Shown here: positions 1 through 13,680 of the stretch, one piece after another
Layout of the letters: each line of letters opens with the position of its first letter
Numbering within the stretch: the first letter of the stretch is position 1
Made by a program: the position numbers and the translations under genes
Notes under the pieces: generated by a model
Seen by the model: only the letters and a program-made list of their open reading frames with translations
What the model was told of the DNA's origin: nothing
Database searches by the model: none
Origin: Lama glama
Taxonomy: Eukaryota
Length of the DNA: 64,000 bases
Direction of reading: 5' to 3'
Assembly: GCA_028534125.1 (NCBI GenBank)
Contig: CM052816.1
Span: 37,388,001 to 37,452,000 of the forward strand

Positions 1-1934
1 TGTTTGGGGCCAGCTTGGGTGTGAGGTAGGTTTTGACCCAGGCACAAAGTTAGTTTCAAAGACTAGTTAATACATCTATTTTTCTTCCTTTCTTTTTCCT
101 TTCTTCCTTCCTTCCTTTGTAGAAGCTGGTTATCTAGGACCTACATATGAACAACTTTATATATGAATATTTTTTGTACTTGGTTTACTTGGGTTAGTAT
201 GTAAACCAACCCAAGCACATTATCTTTAAGTTCCTTGAACACTGTGGCTCCTCCAATGTGTATGAATGACCGAGGCTTTGTAAATTAAAAGGCGTTTATG
301 TGAATAAAGTTATTTCATTAGGTAAAAAAAAAAATATGTAAAATTTGAATTGTAAGTTCTTCAAGATGGAAAGAGAAATTTCAAACTTGCTTTAAGAGCA
401 TACAGGTAACAGACACATTTCAGGAGGTATCTGTAACATGAATGTAGAGTTTTAGAAATCATACTAGAGGGAGATTGTGGGTGGCATGGGTTTTTCTACC
501 AAAAGGGAGACATGGAGAAAATACTCCAAAGGATTAAAATGAATAGAATATTGCAAGAGTGTTTTGAAAGACAGACAACCTTTTCTAAAAGTATTTTTTC
601 AGACCTTGATTTATACTATATAGATAATTCTTTCTTAAAATTTCAGTTTCGTAAATAAAATTTTGTGTCTAGATTGTCAATATTAAATCTGGAAAGTTCC
701 TAGAATACTCAATAATATTTTTTCTATAATGTAATTTATTTCAAAGTAAAATGCTTACAGGAAATAATATAGAGTTCTTACATTAGTAGTTACCAGGAGG
801 TGAAAAAAAATTGAAAGAAAAGTGATTCACAGTAAAGGACATTTTTGTCCAAAGAAAACCAAAAGTTTATTTGCAAATATTTAATATTCATTTACATGAT
901 TGTTGTACAGTTGAAAATGCAGTCACTTTGCCTAATAAGTGAACCACTCAGCTTTCTTTATTTCCATAAGAGAGAGAAAAATATACCCTGCTATACCAAT
1001 TCTTAATAAGCCCTTAGAAATCTTGATGTAGTTTCATAAGAAGTACTCAGCAGTGACTCTGCTTTCCCACAGAATGCTCATTCCTCATTTTCAAGTATGA
1101 AAGACTAGAATACTGTTTATTCCACAGCAGGTAAATGAATATATGACACATTTAAAGTACATGTTAATAATGAACTTGCATATTTCCTGAGACAGTCTGT
1201 ACCGTCTTAAATTATACATTATCAGGAAATTACCAGTTTTGTCATGTTGCAAGATTGTTTCCTAAGAATAATATGTATTATATTCCAGGTGACTCATGTA
1301 TCTTTTGAAAATATTGTTTCTGATATTAGCTTTTATAGACTAATTTTTTAATGCAAAATGCACCTCTTTTGCTCATTATGTGGCAAAATTCTCATTGCCA
1401 GGACCAAAGGTTAATCTCATAACAGCACACAAGGACCTTAAGAGATTAAGTCTTCTCAGTATTGTATCAGTGCTGAAAGCAACATGGAAAACTAAGAGTG
1501 AAGAAATAAATAAACCACTCTAATGATGCAAATAATTTCTCAGTGCATGTTTTTTTCTGTTATTTATTTAATTCTCAAGGTACCTATTGGTAAATGCTTT
1601 AGTATATGTGGATTTAGTGGTATTTCAAAATACTTATTTTAAATAAAAATACAAAATACATAGCTTTCCTTGAGAATATCTCAACTCTTCCATAGGAATT
1701 TTCTATTGCTTTAACCCATTGCTTATATATTATGCAGAAAATTTCCTATGACTCTTAATTGTAAGCAGTCAGAACAGTGTTATATTGGAATGGAAAGTAT
1801 AAGCCTGTAGGTATTTGCATTGGAGTTGTATGGTTAGGTGCTAGATATGTTGACATAAAGATATATGACTATAGAAATTCTTAGGATGCTAAACTCTGAA
1901 TTAGAGAATATTTTGTCCCCTCAAATTTGACAAC

Positions 1935-2197
1935 TCTTCCAGTGCCTGACTCTTGGCTTCCTTGAGGTCTCAGTTTAAATGCTGTCTTCTTATTTAAGGA
2001 CTTCCTTGACCCTTCAGAATAAATCCAGACCACCTGTTATAATTTTACTCTCCTATCCATTTTTTTTCCTTACAGGAATTACAACACATATACTTATTGT
2101 ATATTGCATATCTTTTTTACTACCACTCAAAAAGTTTCTGTTTATCATTGAATACCCAATGCCTGGTACAATTCTCTGTAAATATTTTTGAATGAAA
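1935..2197 (+). mobile_element. L2 3' end
   Basis: aggtctcagtttaaatg...ccttgacc...cccaatgcctggtaca...aaatatttttgaatgaa. Confidence 0.65.
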
Positions 2198-2231
2198 AAA
2201 AGTGATTAAAAAGTCTAAATTCTTTCTCACG

Positions 2232-3600
2232 TTATAGAATTACGTAACACTGTGTCTGAAAGGGATTTGTACAAGAAGTCTATCTAACCACCTATGTGAT
2301 TATTGATTCTGCTATAAAACATCTTTAAACACCTATGTGGTCAACTAGTCTCGGTTTGAAAACCTCCTGTGATTGGACATGTATTAATCCTGGTGGCTTC
2401 CATTCATTATTACACAGATTTCATAATGCAAATCTTTCCTACTGCAAGTTTAATTTGTCTCCATTTAATGTCCACACATATGCTTTGACTTTATAGTTAT
2501 AGCTATAATAAAAAGCATTTTATCCTCATGAAAATTTTCAAATATTTGGGGACATCTATCATATTTCCCCTGAGTTCTATCATATGTGAGCATAACATTT
2601 CTACTTCCTTCAATCATTTATTTTCAGATTTGTGCCCATGATCTTCCACATCCAGGTTACTTTTATTTAATGAGTTCTACTTTGAATTCCTATTGATAAA
2701 CTAAGGCCTCTTTCGATGGCAATCATATGTTGAATAATTAGTACAGTATTGTGGAAAAAAATAGGTGTAGTAGACACTCACGAGGCACCAGCAGTATTCT
2801 CATAGCCTATTTGATTCAGTACAGCTGTGGTGAAAAATTCCTGTTACCCTTTTCAGTATCCCACACTAAATGAATGTAGCAGGGTCTCCCTGTTCTGCTT
2901 TCTCAGAGTTCTCAGGGCCACCCAGCTGCATGCAAGCACAGCCCAGGAGAAGTGGAGTTAACCAGTGGGGAGTAAGTGTTGATGGAACAATGCTGCATTC
3001 TTCCCTTTCTCTGACGCAAGAATTCTGAGGGTTGTTTTGTTATTTTAACAAAGTCATCAAAATTTGATTGGTGTGTTTCCCTTATCTTGTTCTCAATTTC
3101 CCCATTTTTTTGCTCCTGAATTTATGGCAGATCTGCCATATAAACAAACAATGGCATCCAAGTCCTTGTCTTATGATCTGCTTTCAATGGAATCCATACT
3201 AAGAGCTATGCAATTCTGAATAACTATACTTGTGTTATTGCAGCTTGATATATTATGATGTTTTGTGAAAGCAAAATAATATTGAAATACTATTGACTTA
3301 CTCTATCTTAAACTATTTGTTTTTCATATGCTCTATTAAGTTATACCCTGAAGTTTTTCTTTAAATTTACATTTTTTCCTGTAAGTGCTGTATCTTTACA
3401 TATATCTCTTTCAAATACATCATCATTGGATCAAGTCCATCCCAATAACATGTCAGCATGTTTTAAGGCATCTTTCTGCTTGCAAACAGATAGTGTCTCT
3501 TTCTGCTTTTGTGTACAACTCACGTGATCTAAGTACTGACATTGTGGTTTTTACCAAGGGGCTGAAGAAGACATTAAATATGAAATAACCAAGGACAGAA
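2232..3600 (-). mobile_element. L3/CR1 LINE 3' fragment interrupted by the LTR16-like element
   Basis: CR1-type motifs (gtttgaaaacctcctgtgatt; tttcaaatatttggggacatctatcat; gaagacattaaatatgaaataaccaaggacagaa) on both sides of the LTR. Confidence 0.55.
2826..3205 (+). mobile_element. ERVL LTR (LTR16-like)
   Basis: gcacagcccaggagaagtggagttaac core; 3' end ccaagtccttgtcttatgatctgctttcaatggaatccatactaaga. Confidence 0.65.
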
Positions 3601-4287
3601 AAATTTTTCATCCCTCAGATCTGGTGTTTCTAAATTTAACCTACTTACTGTGTTTCTACTGTCTTTCTGGAATAATTTTTTTAAAAAGTTTAACTACATT
3701 TCCTTTAGTTTCATAAATAAAATAAAATTATTAATATTAATTATTATCTAGTCTTTTATTTAAAATCAATATCATGATACAATATTTGAAATTTTAATAT
3801 AGAACTTTGGAATACTTAAAGTTTACTATGAATTATTTCATGTATTCATATTACAATTGCATGATGTATGTTGTCATTTTAGAGAGGATAAAAATTATTC
3901 TTAGATGATCTACATCTAAATATATATATATATATTTAAACATACTTACTAATATATGGTGGAATGAGGGTTGTTTCAGAGCTTTTTGACTCCCACAATA
4001 TTAATTTTATAATGTATTTTTATTAGTATAATAATTATGCTCAGAATTATGTTTTAAAATCAAATAATGTTAACATTCTGTATTTGACTTTCCACTCTTC
4101 TGAAAGGGAAACTATATATTACTTCCTAAAATATTCAGTTTAAAGAGAAGGATATCACGAGGTAATGGGGATTGTATATGGGGATTCTCTTTTTTAAAAT
4201 AGCTACAGTTTCTGCAGCTATATCTACAAAAAATGACTTTTAGAAACAAATTTTAAAAGGAACTCTTGTTTAACAATGCAATCTTTC

Positions 4288-4545
4288 AACAAAACAAGCA
4301 GACACAGATATAGAAAACAAACTTGTGGTTAACACGTGGAAGAGAGGTGGGAGGAGAGGCCAAATAGGTGAAGGGAACTAAGAGGTCAAACTGCCAGTTA
4401 TAAAACAAATACGTCACAGGACTGCAACGTACAGCACAGGGAACATAGTCAATATTTTATAATAACTTTGAATGGTGTGTAATCTATAAAAATATTGAAT
4501 CACTCTTCTGTACACCTGAAACTAATATTGTTAAGTCAACTGTAG
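4288..4545 (+). mobile_element. LINE-1 3'UTR fragment
   Basis: Typical L1 3'UTR (aaacttgtggtt...gtacagcacagggaacatagtcaatattt...tgtacacctgaaactaat); flanked by TGCAATCTTTC at 4277-4287 and 4546-4556. Confidence 0.88.
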
Positions 4546-5649
4546 TGCAATCTTTCCACTAGTTGCTTAGGTCTAATTAAGAGGTCATTTGTTCTATTCC
4601 GTATCTGCCAGCATAACCTGGAAGAAGAATGAATGGATCTGCTAACCTTTTCTCTCAAGTTATTACTATGGCTGGAAACTTCTAGTCCTCTAGCCTAATA
4701 ACATTATTTTAATGATGTTATACATATAGTACAATTTTACCTTGGAGTGTGCTTAAAATTCTTGAGTGGCCATTGGGATTTATTTAAAAGCAGATTATCA
4801 AGGTTAGAATTTTTAAAATTATTAGTGTGTAGGCAGAGGGCTGGCTTTTGGTTTACAGTTTGTTATTTCTGTTATTGTTAGTTTTCTGACTTTATGTTTC
4901 ATAACATTTTAAAAAGGGAAAATAGCTTTTCTGAATCCTTTGTTACTTTGGAATGATTCATATAGCACATTCTGTGTGCTCAATTTTTACTTTCTACTGC
5001 ATATACTCTGTTCTAGATATATTTGATATATTATCTAATAGTCAATAAAAAACTGAGTCTAATTTATTATGTTGTTAAACATCACTCTTTCTGCTCCCTC
5101 CCAATGGCCTTGTGTAGTCCTCAGTCAGCTATTGAGAATTTTCTTCTAGTGCCTTGAGCTTTGTATTTCTTCACCTTGTTATACACTTTTCTATCTAAAT
5201 GGGGATTAATTTGGAGTCAGGTTCCTCGTGCTGTAAAAAGTGATTCACATTTCATACTTTAATTGCTAACTTTATAGTAACAGTTTACTTTGGAAACTTG
5301 TTTGGAGCCCATCACTTGTGTTGTTCTTATTTTTCTTCTTCCTGATTCACTTTAGCCATGAAAATACTTATTTAGAAGATCCTCCCATGTGTGTCAATGA
5401 TTATATAAAGGATTTGCTGAAATGAATTGTCATATGAAGAACTAAAATTTTATATTATTCAGTATTCAACATGGTTTTATAATACTATAAAACTTCTAAT
5501 ACAATATTGTTTCTTTTCAACCTAAAACAAAATAGAGTGACTCAAAAAGAAAATGTGTGCATGTTTACTCACTTCTTAAAATTTTCATTATAATTTTGTG
5601 TTAGGCCCTGTGAGTAAATGAGTATAAAAGGACAACCATAGTTTCAAAA

Positions 5650-7170
5650 AGATTTACTTGTTTCATATCTTGCTATCATATTTTGTAAATTCTAAGACAA
5701 TTCACATTCTCATCAAAAGTTAGTGTTGTTATCATTTTTAGGACATAGTCATGCTTATAAAATGAAGGTTTATGTATATACACATACGCAAACCTGCACA
5801 CACTGTTTCTCCTTTTACACAAGTGGTATCATGTCATCAACACTACTCTGAAACTTGTTTTTCTCGTTTATCCATATATCTTGGATATTGCTTTATGTCA
5901 GTAATTAAATAATGCCCTTTTCCTTTTTTGATGGCTGCACAGATTTGTACAGTAGAACAGTAGTATATTGCATCATTCCTCTAGTGAAGGACATCTAGAT
6001 CATTTCCCAACATTCACTGATTCACGTATCACACTTGACACAGGTGACACTCAGATATCTGCCTTTACACAATTAATACTTCTTACTTCACACCAACAAA
6101 ACACATTTTCATGTTACAGTTCATTCTTCCAAATTCCAACATCAAAATTCCCTTTTTCTAGTCATAATACGGTGACCATAAAATTCCATTTACTTCCCTA
6201 TAACATGCTTTGAACTATTGTTGTTATATTTTATGCACACACATATGCTCAGAAAATACTTGTTATGTTTTCCCTTTTCCCTTACTGTTCAGTGTTTTCA
6301 TCTGGTGTTACTTCCCTTCTGCCAGAAGGAAGTCATATTTTCTCTCCTTTTATTTTCTTAGCATCTCTTTCATGAGCTCTTGTATCTCCAGTCATGTCTC
6401 TGATTTAACTTGGTAGAAACAATTTCTTGAGTAAGAAGATATTTTAAAAATCAATTTGAATGCTAATACAATTTTTATCTATACTGTTGTAACAGTTTTC
6501 TGGTTGAGTGTTTTTACTGGCGATTTGATGTTTCTATGCCTGTTTCGGGTATATTCTTATGATATCTTTGCTTGTGTTCTGTATAGTTCCTTTGATGACT
6601 CATTATTAAAGGAGTTATGTTCTCTTGATAATTCTTGTGAAAGCAGATTAGTATAAAGGAAGCACCAAGGCCCTGCTGTAGACTTTCCGTTGATCTAGGG
6701 TTTTGTTTGTGAATTTCTTTATCTTATACTTTTTACCAGTAAATCAAACAGAGAGCTGTGGTTAAATCAGTGTGTATCTTTTCTCACTTGTAGACACAAA
6801 GAGACAGACTGCTTTCTGGAAATCCTCATCTGTGTAATTCCTCTTTAAGTACAGATTTCTCTGTTCTTCATTTCTAATTTGAGCCCTGGAAGCTACTGCT
6901 GCTAGCTGATGCATCTCATTTCCACTGCTGTAAATAAATGATTTAGGTTTTACTTCTTAGAATGTGCCCTCTTTCCCGAGCTCTTCAGTGATACTACTTT
7001 CTCCAAAACTTTCCTGCTCCATAATTTTGAAAGCTGTTCCCCACACATTGTTTTTGTGTTTCAAGTTCTAAGAAGCTTTTTGAAAACAAAGTTTATATGT
7101 TTCTCATTCCCTTTGCTTTTCATTGATTTCTACAAGAGAATTACTGTCTTCTGCTATGCTCAAACTGGCA
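5650..7170 (-). mobile_element. Ancient L1ME/HAL1-like fragments
   Basis: cattcctctagtgaaggacatctagatcatttcccaa (L1 3'UTR motif) followed by T-rich decayed sequence; boundaries uncertain. Confidence 0.45.
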
Positions 7171-8520
7171 GGCATGCTCTAATGACTTACATGATATAAT
7201 GGATAATTTTGTATTTAATTATAGGAGTATTTTTTAATATATAATGCATGTGTATTGTCCAAAGGATGTAAATCTATGAAGAAACTTCATCAAGAGAATC
7301 CTCTCATATCATATGGGCACATCAGAGCCTAATCTCCTCATTTCAATTTTCCATTCTTTGTTTAAAATCCTTGATTTTAAATCTAGATTATTGAATTATT
7401 ATTTTTAAATAATTTACCTACTTTTGTAGAAGTTCATACTGACGTTTCCCTCCTGTTTTCTAGCCATATTGACAACAAAGTTGTGGCTTTTACATTTGAA
7501 TAATATTGCATTGACTTCGCAAGTTAGTTCCTTCTTTATCCCTAAAATTAAACAGTTGTTTGATATTGAAGCTAGCATTGGCCTCTTTTTTTAAGTATTT
7601 TTCATAATTTTTTAATAAGCCCCCTTTTTAAATATTAAAGATTTTAGTTATTTTCAGAGAACTTGTTTAATTATTATTTAATTAACGTACACTCATTGAT
7701 AATCAGAAAAAGTGAAAAGCCTAATGATTCAGTAATGAAAAACAGCAAAACAATAGGAAAAGTATCCATGCTCTAACAACTTACCTACAAATAGGTTTTA
7801 AATTAAAATTTTGAAAGGTGAAAAAACAGTATTAGGACAATCAAAGGGATAAGTTACCAATAATTTCCAGAACAGCAGCTGAGGTTATTCATATCCTAAC
7901 TGTCATTTTGGCGAGGTCATCCCTGTCTGCTCTCCCTTTGGCGTTGCCTTGCAGAAACTCCCCGCGCACTGACAGAACAGAGCATGATGATAGTTTCAGG
8001 TCCTCTACCTAGTAAAGTGCTGCATTCTTAGTTTGGCTAACTTATTTTTCCTCTTGTGACAAATAGAAGGATGTTTCTTCCTCCTGACCTTTTTCTGTGT
8101 GTGTGTGTGAGTGCTCTTGCAATTACTCTTTAAAACCTAGCTGACATATCTCTCTCTCTACTAAGACATCACCAAGATATTTATCGTGATGCTGTTTTTC
8201 CTAATTTCTTCCTCTTTTCCTGAATTTATCATACCACAGTGATTTATTTTACTTGTGTATGGTTCATAAGAGAATAGTATATTTTTATATTCACAGATCT
8301 GAGTATAGTTTCTGGTACACAGAAGCCATTCAATAAATTTTTGAAAAATTGATCATGTGACAAAAATTACACTACTTGTTCATGTGGTATCTAAAACAAT
8401 ATAACTTCTATGATAAGTTATCTGAGAGTTGAGAATTCTTTAAGATGTTTCTAAAATAATCAATTTGCATTTTTTTTGTCTTTTAGGGCACACACCCATA
8501 TAAACATATGCTAATTTTTT

Positions 8521-8645
8521 AACATTTTTTATTGATTTATAATCATTTTACAATGTTGTGTCAAATTCCAGTGTAGAGCACAATTTTTGAGTTATACATG
8601 AACATATATATATTCATTGTCACATTTTTTTCTCTGTGAGCTACC
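8521..8645 (-). mobile_element. 125-bp LINE-1 3'-end insertion
   Basis: Nearly identical to about 45361-45488 of the large L1; exact flanking repeat AACATATGCTAATTTTTT at 8503-8520 and 8646-8663. Confidence 0.93.
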
Positions 8646-9171
8646 AACATATGCTAATTTTTTAATCTCATCATCATTCCTTATTGACTGTTTAAATTTG
8701 AATGTGATGTCTATTCTCCTCTCCTCAAGTTTTTGGCAAAATAATGAAAGTAGAATTGCCTTATGGTACTTGATACATAATATCATATTATACAATTACA
8801 TTAAAAGTAAGTTATAAGTCAAAGGGAATTAGTTGAGTACTTAAACATTGCTGTAGATGCTGTCATATACTTTATTTCATTTAATTTCATCTGACAGGTA
8901 TTAAAATCATTTAATCTCTGACAAGTATTAAAATATTTTTATCAAAAACCAATACATGATAATTATTAAAAACATTAGCTGCTACTAACTAGAAAATGGA
9001 AAATCAAAACCACAGAAAATAACATCATCCATGGACTACTTCGTGGTGGACTTTCTACCAGCATTTTTCTTTTATTCAAAAATAATTTAATATTTATACA
9101 AGTAAAATAATATAGTATTTTAAATGTTTAATGATTTTCCCCATAATGTTACATAAGAAGTGTTTTCCATG

Positions 9172-9584
9172 TATTATGGATGAATGTCTGTGTCCCCCCT
9201 CACACACACACACAAAATGACACAGTGAAGCCTTAACACTGAGAGCTGTATTTGAAAATGGGGCCCCTTAGGAAATAATTTAGGGTGAATGAAGTCATAA
9301 GGGTGAGACTCGGAGCTGACGGAAGAGTGTCCTTATAAGGAGTGATATCAGAGCACTTTCTCTCACTCTTTCTCTCTGAGAGTGCGTGATGAAGAGGTCC
9401 CATGAGCCCATACTGGGACAGTGACTGACACTCCAGGCCAAGAGAAAAGGCCTCAGAATCAAACCTGTCTTACCAGCCTTGATTTGATGCTCCCCAGACT
9501 TCAGAACTGTGAGAAATAAACGTTTGCTCTCAGAGCCGCCCTGCCTGTGGTATTTCATTATGGCATCCTGAGCAGGCTATGACA
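9172..9584 (+). mobile_element. MaLR solo LTR (MLT1A-like)
   Basis: Starts tattatggatgaatgtctgtgtcccc; contains cagaactgtgagaaataaa; ends tgtggtatttcattatggcatcctgagcaggctatgaca. Confidence 0.88.
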
Positions 9585-11439
9585 TCACATCATACAATAC
9601 ACTGCTAGATATGCTATTTCATCTTATAGATGTGTTATATTTTAAACTATCATTTCCCTAGTAGATTATTTCTGAATTTTCAATACATGAAAATATCCTA
9701 TAGTAATACCCCATATATAATTTTTAACTGCATCTTAAGATAGATCCATAGAGAAGGAAATAGTCAAGAATACAGACATTCTAAGGAATTTGATGCATAT
9801 TGTACTGGATGAAGATTCAAAATGATCTTTTAAAATATAACTTAATATTTTTCCAGTTTAATACACTGAGGAAAACACAAACTAAACTTTGAACAGCATG
9901 GTCCTTGATGAATGAAGCATTGGCTGCTGTTTTATTCATTGTACAAAATAATCTTTTCCAGAGCAATTTTCTTGTCTCTGAATTGGCCTAAATATGTATG
10001 GACTACACATTTCTTTTTTCTTTCTTTTGTTTTTTAATTTTTGTATTCAAACACTGGTTGAGAATTTCTTCACCATTATTTTAGCTTTTAGCAATTTGCC
10101 AATTGTGTCTTCATCAAATATCTTCATTGTAAAAATACCAAACTAGAACCAAGAAATGACCTTGGAAGTAATGTCTATGATTGTATCCAACTCTAAGGTC
10201 AGCTGTTGCCTGTGCCTCAGTCTTACTCTCAGTTTTTCCAGGATATCCTTTGAACACGTTAAAATTCTTTAGTGGAGGATTCTGAAAAAGGCGTTTTGGG
10301 GGTCATATTATTTACTTTTCTTGGAACCAAAATGTGTTCAGCCATTTCTAGAGTGAGAAAGCATATGATTCTCTCCAATATCAAGATCTTCCCATATAAA
10401 GGAAGTCTATACATAATTACAAAGGAACTAGAAATTGCCAAGCTATGTAACTCTACTATATATATACTTATATAGTTTATAATTTTATTTTTATTATATT
10501 CTCAGCCATGACTTGTCTCTTTTAAGATGCATAAAATATAAAATTTTGGTTAGTCACTTCTAAAGTTAGTCTTTAACCAAAAAAAAAAAGAAACCAAAAA
10601 CTAAGTTTAATTACATATCTTCAACTCTAAAATTTATATTTAAATATAAGCATACCATACAAATTTTAGATTGATTGCTAATGTTTCCTACTCATTTTCT
10701 AGATCCAACTGGTGCTAAAAAAATGCTAAGCAGTGATATTAGAATAATTAACTTTCTCCACAGCAAGTAGTCCATTCTCTATAATGAAAATGTCATACTA
10801 ATATGGGCCAATATAGATTTTCCTGCTTACAAAGAGGGAGTACATTTTTAATAATGTATGTCACACACAAAAATATTTCTCTTTTCGCATTAGATTGTCT
10901 GACATGGAAAATTAAGATTCAAGATATTTTCTTAAATCTTTGAGTAAAATTGAGCTCCATAAAAAGCACTGTGTTTTTCCTATGCTTTCGTGATGCATAA
11001 TAGTTTATTATTGATTTTTATGGGGGGGGCTTGTTATATGGATGTAAGTTTGACAAGCAGCACTGTGTTTAATGTCTCCTAGTTCATGCTTGATTGATAT
11101 TCCCACTATTATGATTTCTTATTAAAATTCAATAGTAAACATCGACATTGCTAGCTAGGTAATCTGTACTGTTTATAAATTACAACATTATTATGAATTA
11201 AATTTTTATAGAAGTTTTAGCTTTACATTACAAAAATGTCTGGCTCAAATGAAGCTTTTAACCCAGAGTTTATTTAGGTTTTATTTTATCTTTTAAGGAA
11301 AGAGTCAGGTACATTTAAGAGCTATGTGTTTTTGAATTTGTATTTAAAGTTTTGAGAACTTGAACACCTTAAGTCTAGGAAGGAAGGTGCTACAGGCCCA
11401 GAACAGTTTCTAGCACATATGCACTGAAGGATGAGGGCA

Positions 11440-12113
11440 TGTGTAGGACTCAGTGTACTCAATACCCCAGGTCAGGACTCTTGCCTGGCTGTCCAACTGA
11501 GGCTGCACTCATACCAATTTGCTGGTGACCCCAATCATGGTCATGGAGCCAGCTCGTTGCTACCTGCTACTGCCAGCTACTGTGACACAGGGGTCACCTG
11601 CAGTGACAGTTCCTAGCCTTTACATCACCTGTGAGTCTCAACTGATAGTGCCTTGCTTCAGTTCTGTGTGCAGGGCTCTCTTTTCCTAAGTCTTCTAAGT
11701 GTTCCCAGATGCCACTGAATTTATAAAAACTGCAAGATATGCTTAGCCCGTAAACATGTGCAACCAAGAAGGTAGAAGAATTTGAAGTTTTTGAGGCACA
11801 CTGTAGCCACTAAAAATGAAAGTCTTTAAATAAGTTATTTTATCCTCTTGTCACCTCCTCTATGACTTTTATATACTTCAAAATAGCTTCATAAACCCTC
11901 CATAGAAGTCTCTGCTGAGACCTTGACAGTCAGCCTGCCATGGTGCTTTAACCAGGTGGAACAGGTAATATACTTCCTTGTACTTACTCTCCCTCCTTCC
12001 TTTCCCCACTTTCCTTTTCCTACACTCTGCTTCCCTGGAAATACACTCACTGATAATCTGTAACTGCTTTAGTGTTTTCTCAAATTCTGCTTTCTGAGAA
12101 ACTCAAGCTAAGG
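11440..12113 (+). mobile_element. ERVL LTR (LTR16-group)
   Basis: gcttagcccgtaaacatgtgcaaccaagaagg core; 3' end ctcaaattctgctttctgagaaactcaagctaag. Confidence 0.6.
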
Positions 12114-12407
12114 AAGGGAGATAGGAGGCAGAATGAACATTAAAAGACAGATTGTAGATCCTAGCAGATTTTATGCGTGGAAAGCGTATGAAACATTGGT
12201 AAGCTTTACGCACATGATATAGTTCTGCCAACTGTAAGAATGTCTCTCTTACTGAGAGGTGTAGGGGAAAGAATGATAAGTAATAAATGGACTTTGCTAC
12301 CAAAGGCTGTCAAAGGTATCCTTCCCTAGGAAATGCTACTTAGGCATTACAATTTTATATGTTACCGAATTTCTAACATTTTCCAATCATTGATCTCCAA
12401 ATATAAA

Positions 12408-12675
12408 TTCAGTCATTCACTCAACTAATATTTAATGAGTGCATGTTCTACAACTGTGTGGAACTTATTTTGTACTACGTGTTCTGACACCAGAGTCCAA
12501 GATACACCTTTATTTTTATGTAGCAAACATCCTAACAAGAGAGTAAGAAAACATGGAATATGGCAGATGATGATAAGTGATAAGAAGAAAAATGAAGCAG
12601 GATAAGGGTGTTGAGAGGAAAGGAGAAAAGTTAGGCCAGGCCTTGGTGGTGAGGTAATACTTGAGCACAGAGACC
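12408..12675 (-). mobile_element. L2 3' end
   Basis: ttcagtcattcactcaactaatatttaatgagtgc is the reverse of the L2 terminus. Confidence 0.6.
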
Positions 12676-12890
12676 CCAGAACTTCTCTGAGAGAACCTCT
12701 GTTAGTAGCCTGATGGGTCTGTCACCCATGGAGATGTGACGCAGGTGAGTAAAGATGTCTTATAATTACAATAAAAGAAAGTAAGAAGAAACTAGTTGGA
12801 GCGGCAGGAATTGTGACTCTTCCTCTGACTGTAATAAAACAAACATAATTTTTTATAAGCTTTACTATTGTTCTCGATTCCTGACAAAGA

Positions 12891-12972
12891 ATAATAATAT
12901 AATAATAATAATAATATAATAAATAATATAATTATAATAATAATATAATAAAAATATAATATAATAATAATA
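12891..12972. repeat. Imperfect (TAA)n microsatellite
   Basis: Directly visible; adjoins the MIR tail. Confidence 0.9.
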
Positions 12973-12974
12973 TA

Positions 12975-13165
12975 AGTTCAATAATTGAGTATTGAACCCT
13001 GTGTCCAGGTAGGTGCTATTATGATCACCATTGTGCAGGTGAGAAAACTGAGATTTGGAAAACTTAAGTTAACTACCCTAAAGCCATTGAGATAGCTATT
13101 GCATAAAGGAACCAGAATTCTGAGCAGGGCTATCTGAGCACATAGCCCAAGGCCTAATGACTATG
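12975..13165 (-). mobile_element. MIR SINE
   Basis: Core ccattgtgcaggtgagaaaactgagatttggaaaacttaagttaactaccctaaag. Confidence 0.7.
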
Positions 13166-13404
13166 TATGCCTTATAAAGTTATTCTCCTCTAGAAAACCT
13201 CTGGTTGATGTTCTGCTGCAATTTCAAAGGCTAAGAAAAACGTAGTGAGAGAGAAACAGTTGTCTCAATTTTATTCTGAGAATTTGTCAAGGCATAGGAA
13301 AAAAGGAAAACAAGATAAATTCATATGATTAGACTGAATAAAATAAACTTTGACTGATTACCTGAATCAAATCTGGTGAGTTTTAAAATTGCTGTTTGTA
13401 GAGA

Positions 13405-13520
13405 AGGAAATAACTCAGTGGTAGAGCGCATGCCTAGCATGTACAAGGTCCTGGGTTCAATCCCCAGTGCTTGTGTTAAAAATAAGTAAATTAAATTTAA
13501 TTTAAAAAAGAAAAACTTTT
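13405..13520 (+). mobile_element. tRNA-Ala-derived SINE (vic-1-like)
   Basis: taactcagtggtagagcgcatgcctagcatgtacaaggtcctgggttcaatccccagt has A box, AGC anticodon region and B box, followed by an AT-rich tail. Confidence 0.88.
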
Positions 13521-13544
13521 ACAAATAGTATTTTTGAAAAAGAA

Positions 13545-13680
13545 GGGAGTGGTGTATAGCTCAATGGTAGCGTGTATGCATAGCTTGCAGGAGGTCCTGG
13601 GTTCAATCCCCATTACCTCCAACTGATAAATCAATGAATACCTAATTACCCCCCACAAATAAATTAAATAAAAAATAAAA
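13545..13680 (+). mobile_element. tRNA-Ala-derived SINE (vic-1-like)
   Basis: tatagctcaatggtag...ggtcctgggttcaatccccattacctcc, then the cctaattacccccc segment and an A-rich tail. Confidence 0.9.

Noticed and set aside
1073..1130. 58-nt segment between cccacag and gtaaat
   Set aside because: Moderate splice signals, frame-shifting length and unrecognised peptide; chance level.
12742..12750. Consensus donor CAG|GTGAGT
   Set aside because: No convincing upstream acceptor; upstream sequence is L2-derived.
13405..13620. Two tRNA-Ala(AGC)-like sequences as real tRNA genes
   Set aside because: Acceptor stems are degenerate, and they carry SINE-type tails and TSDs.
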